Shown here piece after piece: positions 50,443 to 63,535 of a stretch of 64,000 bases of DNA. The notes under the pieces are model-generated. The model was not told where the DNA came from. It ran no database searches and saw only the letters and a program-made list of their open reading frames with translations. Source of the stretch: Phoronis australis (lineage: Eukaryota; Animalia; Phoronida); contig NMRA01000035.1 in NCBI GenBank assembly GCA_002633005.1, forward strand, positions 1,269,059-1,333,058, in the 5' to 3' direction. Numbering within the stretch: the stretch's first letter is position 1; every line of letters begins with the position of its first letter. The translations under genes and the position numbers were made by a program.

Positions 50443-50594
50443 GGCGTGCGTTCAATAACGCTAGGACCTACGCTAGGGCCTAGCTAAAATCTAGTCAAAG
50501 ACACGTGATCTCATTTAAAATACACGGGCTGATCTCGCGTAATCTCGCGAAGTCCTGCTTTTTAGCGAGGTCCTAGCGTAACTGAACGGGAGGC
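50443..50594. mobile_element. Palindromic MITE
   Basis: CGTTCAATAACGCTAGGACCT ... AGGTCCTAGCGTAACTGAACG inverted arms. Confidence 0.6.
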
Positions 50595-50639
50595 TGGTCT
50601 CCACATGTACTTCGGCTTGCTTTAAACTAAAATTTAACT

Positions 50640-50796
50640 GAAAAGACATAGTCACTTTACCCAATTAGAGCAGGTAGGCAAAAAGCCAAAAATCAAACTC
50701 TACAGGCATTATACTTTCAGAAAATCTATACTTTAAGTGAGTTAAATTCTGCAGTTTTAAAATTGGCTAAATGCGCGGAATGGTCACAAGGTCCTA
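50640..50796 (+). mobile_element. Family A element, right-end fragment
   Basis: CCCAATTAG...TACTTTCAGAAAATCTATAC...TTGGCTAAATGCGC...AAGGTCCTA; the left part is not clearly recognisable. Confidence 0.6.
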
Positions 50797-52598
50797 CACA
50801 ACTTCAAACGGACAACAAACCTGGGGCTACGGTCAAAAGGCAACGTTTGATTTAGGTCACTTATTGTTACAAAATCGTTCCTGACACGGACTAAAAATTA
50901 TTTGTAAGCTTGAGAAGAATTAACAGGCCGTTGCTTTAGACCAGACACAAAAGTAGAGCTCTTGTTACGCCAGGGGGCGCTTCCATAGAAATGGTGTACG
51001 AGACGCGTCACTCAGAAAACTTTCCGTACGAAAGGGGGCCTTTTCCGACAAAATTCCCAGCAAAAAGGTTCACTTTGGGAGTTCGAAACCGTACAGAAGT
51101 TTCATTTTTTCCAACTACACGAACCTACAGAAGTTTTTAAAAGTGTCTATATGTTTAGAACTTTTGGGGGGAAAGCATGTACTCATTTTGAAAACATGAC
51201 ATCTCGTATTGCACTGTTTCATGTTTAATGGGTTAAAATTCTTGTACGTCAAAAAATCCCTAAGAAGGTGTAAGGTTTATGAAATCAACCCCTACTAAAA
51301 GGTAATGTATTTGGTACAATACGCACCCTAAAGGTGATATTTTGTCATAGAAGATCCCTTAAAATGGACCGCTCGTCTTCGAATCCACTTTCTAGATGGG
51401 CAGGTATCCTAATCTTTAACGTTGCACCCCAGTCAAATATATACCCGAGCACCGCTAGACTTCTCACAGCGGGTCACTTCGAGTCAACAAGACAGTTGGG
51501 CTGTCGAGGAGGTGGGGATTCCTGTAACCAATTTCAATTCACACGAGGGGATAAAATCGCGATGATGTCACTTAGTAAGAGCATTAACGCGCATACAAAG
51601 CTTATGTTCTTAACACCAGAGCGCAGGATCTGTTCTTCGAATTTATGCTTCACTCAGACTCAAACTCGAGAAACTAACACAGTCATGTCGTATTACTCGA
51701 GTACAAAAGCTTACTGGAATTGCGCCGGGCAACTGGTCAATTTTCAAGTCCAGTTTCGGTCTCAGGGATCAAACCCCGAGCTCAGGTATGGTCTATAGCG
51801 GCTTCAGTAGCAAGAAAAATATCGCAATTGAGACACAGTTGAATTTTCCTCAGTTATATAGTTCCTTTTGAAACGTTATGCAAGGTTATCCGCGAAAACC
51901 TAAGGGGTTTGAAGTGTTTTCTTAACACTGTTCTTTACAAATTTGTTCGTAATTTGATAAATGTCTAGCCAATAGGTATTTTGAATTAATAGCTACGCTG
52001 CATATAAATTTCTATCAGTGTTTCGATAACAATTACACGATCCGATTTTGGACCAGAAAAATTCACTTTCCAGTAATTGTTAACTGTTTCAACTACAGCA
52101 AGTTGTTAGTTCAGCGAGGTATTTATTGGGTTGGAGACAGGACGAACAGGGTGCATAACCTGAAACCGGTAATTAAGTCGCTGGCATATGGCAGTCGAAT
52201 TAAATCCGATACCTATAACTAATAAAACTCGGTGTTATACCCTGTCAGCGCAGCAGACGTGCAGATAACCTCAAAATCCATAAAACAGATAAGATGACTA
52301 AGAGTGAAGAACAAATGTATCGCTGACTATGTCCTAGTTTAGAGAACTACGTGCTGAAACTTTTGAAACCAACCCTAACTGAAGAGGGATTGGAATTGAC
52401 AGACATGGTCACACAAGTTTCAAGAGAAATTTTCTTCCAGACCACGTAAACACCCCCTGAGAAAGCGTCTTAAACAACAAAACTGAGCACATGCTGAAAT
52501 GGAATAATCTAAAAATTGTACAATTGCATGATGGAAAACACGACACAAGTGAATTTTCTGCTAGAGGATACAACAAGTCGAAAGTGGTGAGAATTTAC

Positions 52599-52963
52599 CG
52601 TTGCTGTTTAGGGGTAGTCTTCAAGATTTTGGGAAATTTCCCCATGGCAGCTGCTGAGGGTTCCGCCGAGATTGCGTTCCGTTTGGTTTTGCCCATTGCT
52701 TGCTTTATCGACTTGCTGCTAACGGGCGACTTGAGTATGGCTCTGTACTTATCCAGTTCCGTTTGTAATTTTTCAATCAGGGCGTCTTTTTCGTCTAGTT
52801 CCATTTCTAATTCGTCTATCAATTGGTCCCGTTGTCTCAGTTGTTCGATTTTTTCGCGGAGTGCCAACTGCAGATCACGCAAAGTGCCCAAAATAATCAT
52901 GTTGTTATTGTCGCACGTTGTATTTGTCATAGTAAAGCAGTTTATATTCATTGACTTGGACAT
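52599..52963 (-). CDS. PRKG1: cGMP-dependent protein kinase I, first coding exon (I-beta-type leucine zipper plus autoinhibitory segment)
   Basis: Translation ...[50 protein letters not shown]...[11 protein letters not shown] closely resembles the vertebrate PKG I-beta N-terminus ([33 protein letters not shown]...RTKRQAISAEP). It ends CAA CG|GTAAAT (phase 2 donor at 52598). The first in-frame ATG is at 52963; others lie downstream (e.g. 52900), so the true start is uncertain. Confidence 0.93.
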
Positions 52964-55900
52964 AATTGAGACAAAGTGAACGAGGCACCGTGCGTTCGCA
53001 ATGTAAACTCCTTTAACAAACTTTTCTGTCCATCTATCACAGACGCTGACGAAAGGTGTATGGCACACAGTCGACGTGTGCAATTCACGGCTGCGAACAC
53101 ACTCCCATCTTTTCAAACAAAAAACTCACAGCATGATTTTACACTCCAACCATATTAAGGCACCGACGAGTTAGGCGTGAGTCAGCTGATTCCTCGTAGT
53201 GAAACTGCAGTGGTTCCGATAACTAAAATCAGCTAATTTTCCTTGTTTTTGAAGACAAAACAACAAACACCAAGCCAAGGTTCCTTCACAAGCGTTAAAA
53301 AGACACTAAACACTTCTAGCTACTTCAGGTAACGACGCCATCGGTTTGTGCCAGGTAAACAACTCATCGGACAGATAGTGTTGATTCTGCTCTGGCCAGC
53401 CGTTTTATCCATTCAGTAAAAAACTCTATCCTGTTGCATTCCGTTCTCGTGTTTTAAAGAGCAATCATTCAAAGCACTCTGTACAAACCAGAGCAAGCAA
53501 GGCACGTCTATAGTTAGATCAAACAAGCTTGTCGCAACGCACGTTACCTCCAACCGGTCCAGTCCAGTTCAGCCAAGAGCCGAACATTTAATAAAACTCG
53601 GGCTCGCAAAAACTGTCTTGTGTAATCAATGGCACAACAAGAGTTGTCATCAATTCTGTAAAATTCCACGACGATTACGTGTTTTATGAAAACGAGAGCT
53701 CGCGGCTATCGAAACAGTATTACAATTAGCAGACAGCTGGGAAATAAACAGTGAACCTCGTGTCGTATCGTCTTGGACGTGACCACAACCTAGACCTCAG
53801 TGCGAGATAACAAACAGGTCTCCGACTAATATACGTTCTGCGAAAGCCAGAGCCTGAATCCTGGCAAGATCGTTTTCGCTCTAACCGCCACCCGGTAACT
53901 GACAGACAATCGAAAAGAATGATCTTAAATCAATTTGAGCTTCTCTTTCCCAATAATGGCGAAGTGACAGTAGTCAGACAGACGTCGATTTCGGCAAAAA
54001 CGAAAGCTGTCAACAATTAAAGTCAATGGAATGAAAAGACCACATTCTTTACAATCCAACTCAACATTAAACAGTATCACGGAACATGGTTCGTAGAGTT
54101 CGTTCCTTTCTCGAACAGGCAAGCATGCGACTATATGTACAGTATGTGTTGATGCGCAAGAAGTAGTAAGACACCTTTAGCGCTTCCGCTCAACTAGACG
54201 CTCAGCGTTCCACTGAAGAGGAAAGCACGCGAACCAGCATTTTTGTGGCGCGTTTAACAGTCTCAGTTATTTAGTAAGATAACAAATCTTGCAAAAAGTT
54301 TAACGATGGCAATTTTCACTTTCGGCGTGTCAGCGAACTGTTGTAAGAATCCTGTCAATGTCACAAAACGAGATTTGAGCATACTGCCAATGGATTTCAT
54401 TGATTAGAATCAATTACAATCTCCGTCCTGTGACTATGCGGTATCCTGTTTAAGTATACGTGCGTGTACAACTAAGTATTGATTCAGTATGAATTAACAC
54501 ATTCTCTCATTGACAAAGGTACGAACAAGTTTCAAACACGAGAATGCTGGGAGAGCAGCGGAGATAAGAACAGGCCATTCGTTGGTAAAATAGAGACTAG
54601 TTATTTTTCAATACTTGTAATTTATATGTGGAATTGGAACTAAGCTACTGGAATAAGCGAGAACTAACTTATCACTCGGAACTCAAAATAGTTAATTCAT
54701 GCAGAATTGAACGCACCGTCCTCCTGCCAAAGCTCGCGCAAAAGAGAAGACGTAACAAAAACAACAAATTTCTTTGAATACCCGTTAGTAATCTAAATGA
54801 GGACAGTAGAACTCTCGATTCATCTTTGAGTTTAATCACGTCTTTCTTTTTTAAACACAGACTATTTGCTGTGGGCGAAACCATTCAACGTAAACGTTTC
54901 GAGACAGAAGCATAATTCTTTCGGGAACACCTTCTCCCGGTTTTTTGTTCCCTTCAAAAAGTGTGCGGAATCTCCATTATCACGTCACAGAAATAACTGT
55001 ATTGTTGCTGGTGTTAACAAATGAACTGTGAGTGACATACTCCTACAGAATAACTTTTAAGTTGGCTTTCGGTTTTTCCAAATTTTAATTCAGCAGATTT
55101 TTCCGTGCCGGGAATTTTTAATAGTAAGACCCGGGGCTTACATATATTCGGAGATTTTTTTATCTCTTCAGTACCCAAAATTCAGGCTCGGTGTACTTTC
55201 GAAAAGCTATAAACGTGTTCCAGTGGCACCGACAGGGCACGAGGACCAACCTATAAAGGGATTTAATGGCACCAACGGTACCGTTAACTGAGTTTATTTT
55301 GTTTATAAACAGCAAGCCTGTTGAAATCTATTCTACCCTGCTTTTTATAATGTCGTGCTTTTACTTGGCACTGGCCGACAGTGTTAGAAACCCTATAAAC
55401 CACGGTTGCGTATGTCTAGAACTACGGACTCGTATTCGGACATTTTTCCTAACTGTGGTCGTACATTTGGGGGGAGATGTTTACGGAAATCCCCAGTAGT
55501 TCTGCTGACGTGGGAATTCTACGTATCCATACAGTTCACTGAATTGATTCGTCGTTTATGAAATCAAGTCACATTTATCACGTCGAGAAATTCAATTGGT
55601 TTAATATTCCTGGCATGAGTGTCAGCCGATAACTGATACTGCGGCTGCATGTCTCACAGAAAGGCGTTAATATTTTAATGAAAATTCAATATTTAAGTAT
55701 CTTTGTAGTCAGTCGTAGACATGACCAACAAAACTCTGAAGTCACATGACGTGAAGCATTGCCCTTTTCCGGTTTGTAACCCAAATTGGCGGAGGAATAG
55801 GTTGGTTTCTGATCCGTAAAACAAGGAAGTCCTGTTCATGTACAAGTACATCGATACCAGCGTCTCACTTTCGTAATTCCGCAATGTTCCATGGACAGAT

Positions 55901-58900
55901 GTGCGTGCACAAACATCTTCACACTGCAGAAAGCTCGCAAAATAATTCGCGTTAATTAAGTTTGTTTTGGTTTCCTAATCTTCTTTCAAGGTGATTAGAC
56001 GGGATGAGTGGCTGAGGACCGACTAGGAGAAATAGTATTAGATAAACAGGGACTGGCAGTTTGTGATGTTCGTGAAGAGCGAGCAGATACTTAACCTAAT
56101 TACAGGTAGGACGACTAAGTTGTCAATGAGGGGATAGCAACCAGTACACAGGCACTGGGAACAGTAACTGTAACGATGAATACGATTACGGCCTATATAT
56201 AAAGACATGACGGCGACATCCCGTTGCTCCCAACTTGTTCGATTGTATAGCCCAACAGCAAGTTTGGAAGTTTACCCCCCGTAGCCAATTAACTCCATTC
56301 TGGCGTTGATGGTTGGAGGGCCTGCGCTCTTTTGTTTGATAATTGCTCTTATCTCCGATCAGATCGTATCTAGCCTGACTGGGGTGGGCTGATAAAAATG
56401 AAAGTTAAGTTAAGCCAGATATTATGGCACGTTCAGCACCCCTCACGTCTGGAAAAGTTACTGAACGACAGGACGCTGTAATGATGACCACAATTATGAC
56501 GATACTGTTGGTAAGGATGGCGATGTTAGGAATTGAGAATAATAGGAATGACGACTATAAGGACACTAAACGGCGATGCCAACGACAAGGCCAACCGTAG
56601 AGACGATGGCGACGACAATAACGATTGCTACGATGATATAAGGCTGAAAATAAAGGACGATGTTTTGAAGGGCAGGCAAGCGGCGGTGACGATGACGACG
56701 ACAATGAAGATGGCAATGGAGACTTCGGATAACGAATAGGACGACGAACACGTCGACGACAACGTCAGTAGTCGCAGTAATTATCCTATAACCAATACAC
56801 AATCCGTAGTCGAAGAAAGTTTAAATGAACGTCACTCACGATTCCGACCCGAATATCACACCGCCATTTTGAACTAACCGCGATACCGGAAGTACAATTC
56901 ATTCAGGAACCCAGGCTTAGTATAGGGACTGGAGCAGTGTCTGTTACCAGCTTGCAAACGGAGATAAAATAATCGACAGCGGACCTCAACTTTAGTAAAA
57001 CCAAAATAGGGACAATTTGTACCGAAAATGTTGACAAAATATGGCAAAATAAATTTTGATAGAAAAGACCTGCCCGGCTGTTTTATCGGAATAAATGGTT
57101 CAAATCATGAATGCCGTATACTTACAAAGATAGTTTCCGACACTTGTATAAAATTACGGACTAGTAACAGTTCTGCGTCAACGAATAACAACCGGGGCCG
57201 ACTATGGTGCATGAGGCTAGGCTAAGCGTGTTTTACTGAGTTTAATTAACTCAGGTAAACAAACAGTATAAACAGAACAACGAACATGCAACATCAAATT
57301 ATTAAATAAAATTGCTATACAGTTAGAATATCCTGACAGTTAAACTTGCGAAAATATGGAAAATAAATTTAGACGCGACTTAATTCGGGCGGCTGACGAA
57401 TACCATTTGGTGGCGAAACTCGCCATGGTGCCAAAGTGGTATAATATAAGTATTAATAAGTTTAAAGTAAAAGGAAAAATTCCCACTTAGCCAGAAACAT
57501 TCGTATGCGCTGCTAGCCGGCGGAGCCGGTACGCCTGGCCAGCCGTGTGCCGGCGGACATCTGTGCTCCGCGGGGCAAGATGAAAACATTAATTAGCTAC
57601 CCGGCCCTGAATGAGTGAAATTCCTGTGACAAAGAGATTAAAAAATACTGCGTCATGCTCCAAACACTGTAATATATTCCCATCGCCGACATTCAGCTGA
57701 CTGACTAAAATTCGCTACACTCTCCCCCGTTCCGGTTTGCGGCGCGGAATTTTTATATTTAGACAACTGAGTCAGAGGTATAAATTCTAGTTTGTTTTTG
57801 CGAGGTTTGAAAATTTTTTCCCTGATAATTGAAAATCAAAGCCACTTTAGCAAGTGATTATCAGTTCCTAGCGAAGATCGAGTCACGGAGACTGCAGGCC
57901 GGAGAATTACCGGTACTTCGCCGGTTACTGTGTTCTGGCAGCAAAATCAAGCACGTATGTGGAGCTCACTGTTTTAAGTTGAGATCAAACTTGTTTTTGT
58001 TTTATCTAAACATCGCCGTAGGTGGATGTTTTTTGTATATTTTACATTTTTAACAGCCAGTAAAGCCGGTGCCGATTTGCTGCCAATTAGGCCTACGCTC
58101 TGCGCTCACATGTCCGGGTAGTCACCGTGACACGGCAATTGCTCACTTCAGGCTGGTACTTTGTATCAATTTCAAGACATGGCGATAAAAATAAGACCTT
58201 TGTTGGTCAAGAAACTGTTTTCCTCTAATTTATTACCTAAACGGGTACTGTTGCTGAAATTTGACGTACCCTCACGATGAGTCAAGGCTGACCTCAGTAG
58301 TCGAGCGTTGGCTATGGGAGACTTTGCGACGGTACTTCACAAACTTCTGATTATGCATTAAATACCATTCGTCATATGCAAAGAACAGGTAAAATTTGGA
58401 CAATAAATAATCACGTTTGTATAAAAAGAACCAAAATGGGAATCAAAAACAACCAAACAAAGTAACAACGCATTTACGCTCACGGTGATGTCAATACGTT
58501 TTCAATGACAATATGACTGGCATTCAGGAATCGTTCCTGAACTGACACACAGGAACTCAGGTCACGGAAATAGACGGGAATAGTCGATGATTTTCCGCTC
58601 TAGGCCGAGGTACTAAGTTGTGCTAAAGACGCTTTTAGTTTGATAACAGAAAGGATGCGAACATTACGCTATGTTATATGTTACTTAATTTGGTATATAT
58701 TTTTAAGTTTCTGAATTAAAATACTCTTTGAGATAAGGACTTTAACCACCGGGAAGGAAAACCAAACACCTCGTGGCATCATCAGTGGGTAATTAACACA
58801 TGTGCTAATCAACTTAAACAAGGAACCTTCTGCTGAAGGCATTGATGTACAAAGTGGAAATGTTTTCCTGATGTTTATTATAGGTACAATATTTGTCGAC

Positions 58901-59394
58901 ATCTTGTTATCTGCATTGCACGACTGATTCTAAAAATCGGACGTCGGCTTCAATGCTCGCGAATCATATTTAGTCTCAGTTTAATCGAGCGTTGTGATTT
59001 TTGACAGTTTATTTCAATGAAGACGCGAATGTTTATATTATATCAGCAAACTCATGAAGCAACTATGTTTCTAAAAATCCACTGTCTTAATCATTATTCA
59101 AGAATGTTTCCAAATCAGTTCTTTCAACGTATATTGCAATTCATAAATTGATATTTTAAACCGTTGTTGGGCTACAAATGAATTGTCTCCCCCTTTCCAC
59201 CAGTGACATCAACTGACCCCTGACGAAACTGACAATTGTAGATATTGCTCAGGTCTAAGGAGATGAAACACTTAGGTGAATTTCGCTCATTTCTTCCTTC
59301 GGAAGCCCTTTTACAGGTATGAATTTCCGATGAAGTTGGGTGGACGCCAGTGCACTATTGCAAGCCGGTTAAACAACTGAAGGTCACATGCATG

Positions 59395-59777
59395 TAGGAC
59401 CCCAGGAAAATATCCAAATTTGATTCATTTCAGTTAGTCATATCTTAAAAACGGTTAATCAAAATTACATGAAACGTTCACATGCTATGCCTTATGATCT
59501 GTTGTTCAAAGTGCTATTAGGATTTTTGGAAACGTTCCGCTTTTGCCTGAGGGCCTATCAAAAATAGAACTTGAAGATTGCTCATGGCATTGATACCGTT
59601 TCTCCAAAAACATGGTCACGTGATCCAATTAATGACAGATGGGTATGAAGTTAAAAAGTAAAAGACTATAAGCTTTCTACTTTCAGAAAGTATATACATT
59701 TACGAAGCCCATTCGCATAGTCAATTGTCTACTAGGTAGTTGGCTACTAAATGCACAAACTTGTCGATAAGGTCCTA
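59395..59777 (+). mobile_element. Family A element
   Basis: TAGGACC...CCAAATTTG...GGTCACGTGATCCAATTAAT...TTTCTACTTTCAGAAAG...CTTGTCGATAAGGTCCTA. Confidence 0.75.
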
Positions 59778-60946
59778 TTTAACTTTTCACTGATACTGGG
59801 TAGATGATACTCATGCACCAAAACCAGTGAGGATAAATCAGGGCCTTGATGAACGCGTTCTTCTTTGTCGGATTTATAGCCTGAGATATCATCTTGTGAC
59901 GTCACGTGCCCTGGCAGTGGCACACGAAGATTTTTGCACGAAAACAATCTCCTGTTTTTACAGACAATAGACCTATTTGCCCTCGCGTGGTCAAACAAAA
60001 TCAATTAATGTTTTTGCTCTGATGACCCTAGAAATATAGAAAGAGTGTCGATAACCCAGATATTTTTACCCAACGATGATAAATTGCCCTAAATGAACCT
60101 TCATTAAAAGCGTGATGGGGTAACACGTGATGATGTTAGTTTTGTCACGAACATTTGAGTCTGGTGGCTCATGAAAAACGAAGCCATTTGTACATTACCC
60201 ATAGCCCCTTGGTTCAGTCAAAGGCAGCACCTACAGCAAGTCTAACGCAGTTTCTCATTTGGCTTATCGCAAATGTCACCCGGCAATGACTATACATATA
60301 TTTGATTGGCCAACTTCGGGTAAACCGTGACTGTTCTAAAAATACACACCTAATTCAGCAACGTCTTTTTCGACTGTAAAACGAAGCGAAATGGGGAATA
60401 AAGATTTTTGAAATATGTATGTACCGTTGATGCGAGCTTTGATAGAGTGTAGAATTCATCCAACTCTTGCGTGAAGAAGTGTGTTGAAGATGGTCGCAAA
60501 TCCGTTCGGCTATAAAATGTCTATTTTTTAACTAATATCAATGCATTTGCGCCTGCTGAAGCAGTCCAATTGGAGCCCATTACGTACTGTAAACAGTCAA
60601 TGAGAATTCAATGCGGAGTAACAGAAAGCCGATTGGCAAAGATGCCATTCTCCCGTCCTGCATAAACGTTCAAAGCCCAAAACTGTTGGTTTTGATAGGA
60701 AGTTCAACCCCGGCATGCACAGTGCCATACACACCAGAAATACCTGTATAAACGTAGTAAGGCAACATTAGCGTTTTTTTCTCCAAACTGATATCTGGTC
60801 AAAGTAATCTCCTATGCTACCACCTGCGACAAAAACACGTCATGTCGCACGTCAAGCGACCATTCCTGTTTTTGGTAGCTGGCGTTTCTTCTGCATCCCT
60901 AAACCGGAAATTGTCTCTTAGCAAAACTAATTTTGAGCGGACTCAC

Positions 60947-61077
60947 GAATTATCAACTTCCACGACTTGTAATTTGGCAGTTCTCGGTGAGCCAACTTGC
61001 GGTCGAATCGGTTTCGCATCACGCTGGTGACTTGTGGAGTCATGGCGTTGGCATTTGCAGCGCCACTCTGGCCACAT
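60947..61077 (-). CDS. Candidate upstream alternative first exon of PKG
   Basis: ATG at 61077 gives MWPEWRCKCQRHDSTSHQRDAKPIRPQVGSPRTAKLQVVEVDN, ending AAT TC|GTGAGT (phase 2, compatible with the exon 2 acceptor). No homology recognised. Confidence 0.3.
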
Positions 61078-62498
61078 GAGGGCGCTGCGAAGAAACTTTG
61101 GCCATTTGGTCAGATTATTGACCACACCAAGCTACTATCCGATTTGTATGCGTATTTCAACACCACAGATTATCTTTTATTTCTGTCATGTTCTGTATTT
61201 TTTCTGAGACAACTATTTATTAAGCTGAAGCTCAAGGATTTTTTATAACCTTTATGAGATACGAAAATGTAGTGCACGCGTACGAAGAGGTAGAACGACG
61301 CAAGTAGCGGGTATGGTGATCAAAACTTTGATCCAGCCTTTACGCCTCAATTTACGCCAGTTAAAGTGGTAAAACAAACTTTTTATATCCAACTGATTTA
61401 AATGAACCGGTTGACCTCATCGTTGATTGACCAATCAAGAACCAGATGTCGGAGATCCACCCCTGGCTCAAATGGTAGTAGGGTCTGAATTCGAGGCAAA
61501 TGTTAGTTACATTTCACAATTGGTCAACAGAGGCGCTGGACAAGTGACAAAATATTCCAAACAAAAAACATCAAGGTCAGACTTGAAATAGTTCTTCGAC
61601 GCTTATTTAACAAGATTTATTCAGACGCCTGATCAAAAAAGTATCTGACTAAATTAAATGTCAAGGGAGAGTGAACTCAACAGTTCATTTCACGATCGAC
61701 TGCAATTGAATGAAAGGAACGATAAACGTAACGCGCTGTTTTCACGACATTCTTTGTTTATTGGAGTGAAAAACATTTAATGGAAAACTCAAACGATCAT
61801 AACGAACGTATGTCTTGATTAAACGTATCATGTGCCATTTCCATCTGTTAATTAATGACGCTACTCAGTGCTTAAAGTCTCAGGAATTATAAAATATTTA
61901 GGGATTGTGAAGCAACTTGAGTAGCTAAAAACATAATGTTCTATTTTGACAGATGTCATAAAGCCAAAGCGTGAGTCTACAGAATACACTATGTTTTCAA
62001 GGGATGAACACGTTGTCTTTCGGACTCCAATACATGTACAGTTATGGATATCCTCATATGCATCTGAATGTTCTTCCATTGAAAGATACTAAAGTTTTAA
62101 TCCATGTATTTGTTAATTTCAACTAATGTCATGTCAGTGTTTGATTTCGTGTTGTTTCGACTCAGTTCTCAGAAGGGTTACTGTCCACGTGAACTTTATT
62201 TTAAGTTAATTCCGATAGTCAACACAAATTAAACTTCAAATTTTCTTGGAATACTGTTGATTTTAAAAAGTCGGCTGTCCTTTTGTTTGAAGTGCCCTGT
62301 TGTCCTACACTCAAATTGAATATACTTATACGAAACAAAATCATCAAACACCGATGGAAATTTCACTTGGTCTCAATCCTGCCATCTTTAAAATCCGTTT
62401 GCAGCTAAAATCTTATCCGATGTCAGTTCACTGGCTTCAGTTCATCGAACGATTTACAAAGGACTGGACGTCAACCCTCGTGACTTGATCAACAGCAA

Positions 62499-62545
62499 GG
62501 GTTTCTTCTTACGCAACCACCGGGGTTTCTTCTTACGCAACCACG
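62499..62545 (+). repeat. 24-bp tandem duplication
   Basis: GGGTTTCTTCTTACGCAACCAC occurs twice. Confidence 0.9.
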
Positions 62546-63433
62546 ACTACAGCAAACTTACGTAACAGCGACAATAAAAACAAAATTGCCACGTGGTCAG
62601 CAGGACTAATGACTAGACTGCTGTAACACAATATCTTCCAACAAGGGATGAGAAAAATTTAAATTTTTATAATACGAGGTATTCAACGTGTTCAACACTT
62701 TTATATGTTCACCGTTTCTTCATTGTCCTTTACCCTAGCTGTAAGTGAAGTAATCAAGCCTTGCATAGACCTTAGTGGCCTGAGTGTTCACTCAGGGACA
62801 TGATTAATGATGTCACGCCATCGGAAATCACTCTATTGCGAGAACATTCAACATGCCATGTCATATCATAAACCAATAAATCAATTTTGGAACATAGAGC
62901 ATAACAACAGTAGCACAGAAAATAATAACTACAATCCTTCAAAACTAAACTTTCTGGAAAGAGTTGTTTAACACATCCCTTTTCCTGTCGAAAACGGCCA
63001 GTGGGTCACTTACTTGTCTAGTCTATAATTCCGTAACTCAATTCAACAAATCCGTCATGAAATAACCTGCAAGCACCAAACGAGCTCGGTTGCTTCGTGT
63101 TTGTAGTAAGGTGGCGCTCAATAGGTTTTTTTGATACAGCCGATTTTTACCTCTCTGAATTTCATTTCAGTCATCATTTCTGTCATTTTGAGATTTAACA
63201 AAGTGTGAAGGTTACAAATGGCATTTGGTTAATATTTGAGTGTGCTCCGCCCTTTTGACCCACGTTTCAGTTTGTGATTCGTGGCTTTTTTTAACTCCAT
63301 ACTGGTTACAACAGGGAGCTTAAATTTCTGCAAGAAATTCTACAAGAAATTCCGGTACCCTCAGGCATTTAAGATTTGTAAACAAATCGAACAGAGTGGC
63401 TCCTTAAGGTATCCAATTTTTAAAATTTTAGAT

Positions 63434-63535
63434 GGTGATGACGATAGTGGTAGTAGTGGCTGTGGTTGATGATGATGATGATGATGATGATGATGACGAT
63501 GACAACAATCATAATGGTTACGATGTATGGTGATA
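63434..63535. repeat. (GAT)n microsatellite
   Basis: GATGATGATGAT... core at about 63468-63495 with degenerate flanks. Confidence 0.9.

Noticed and set aside
52491-52979. Plus-strand 162-aa ORF
   Set aside because: Antisense shadow of PKG exon 1.
52964-53116. Extension of the PKG exon 1 ORF to 173 aa
   Set aside because: It begins at TTG, a prokaryotic-style start call; the first ATG is at 52963.
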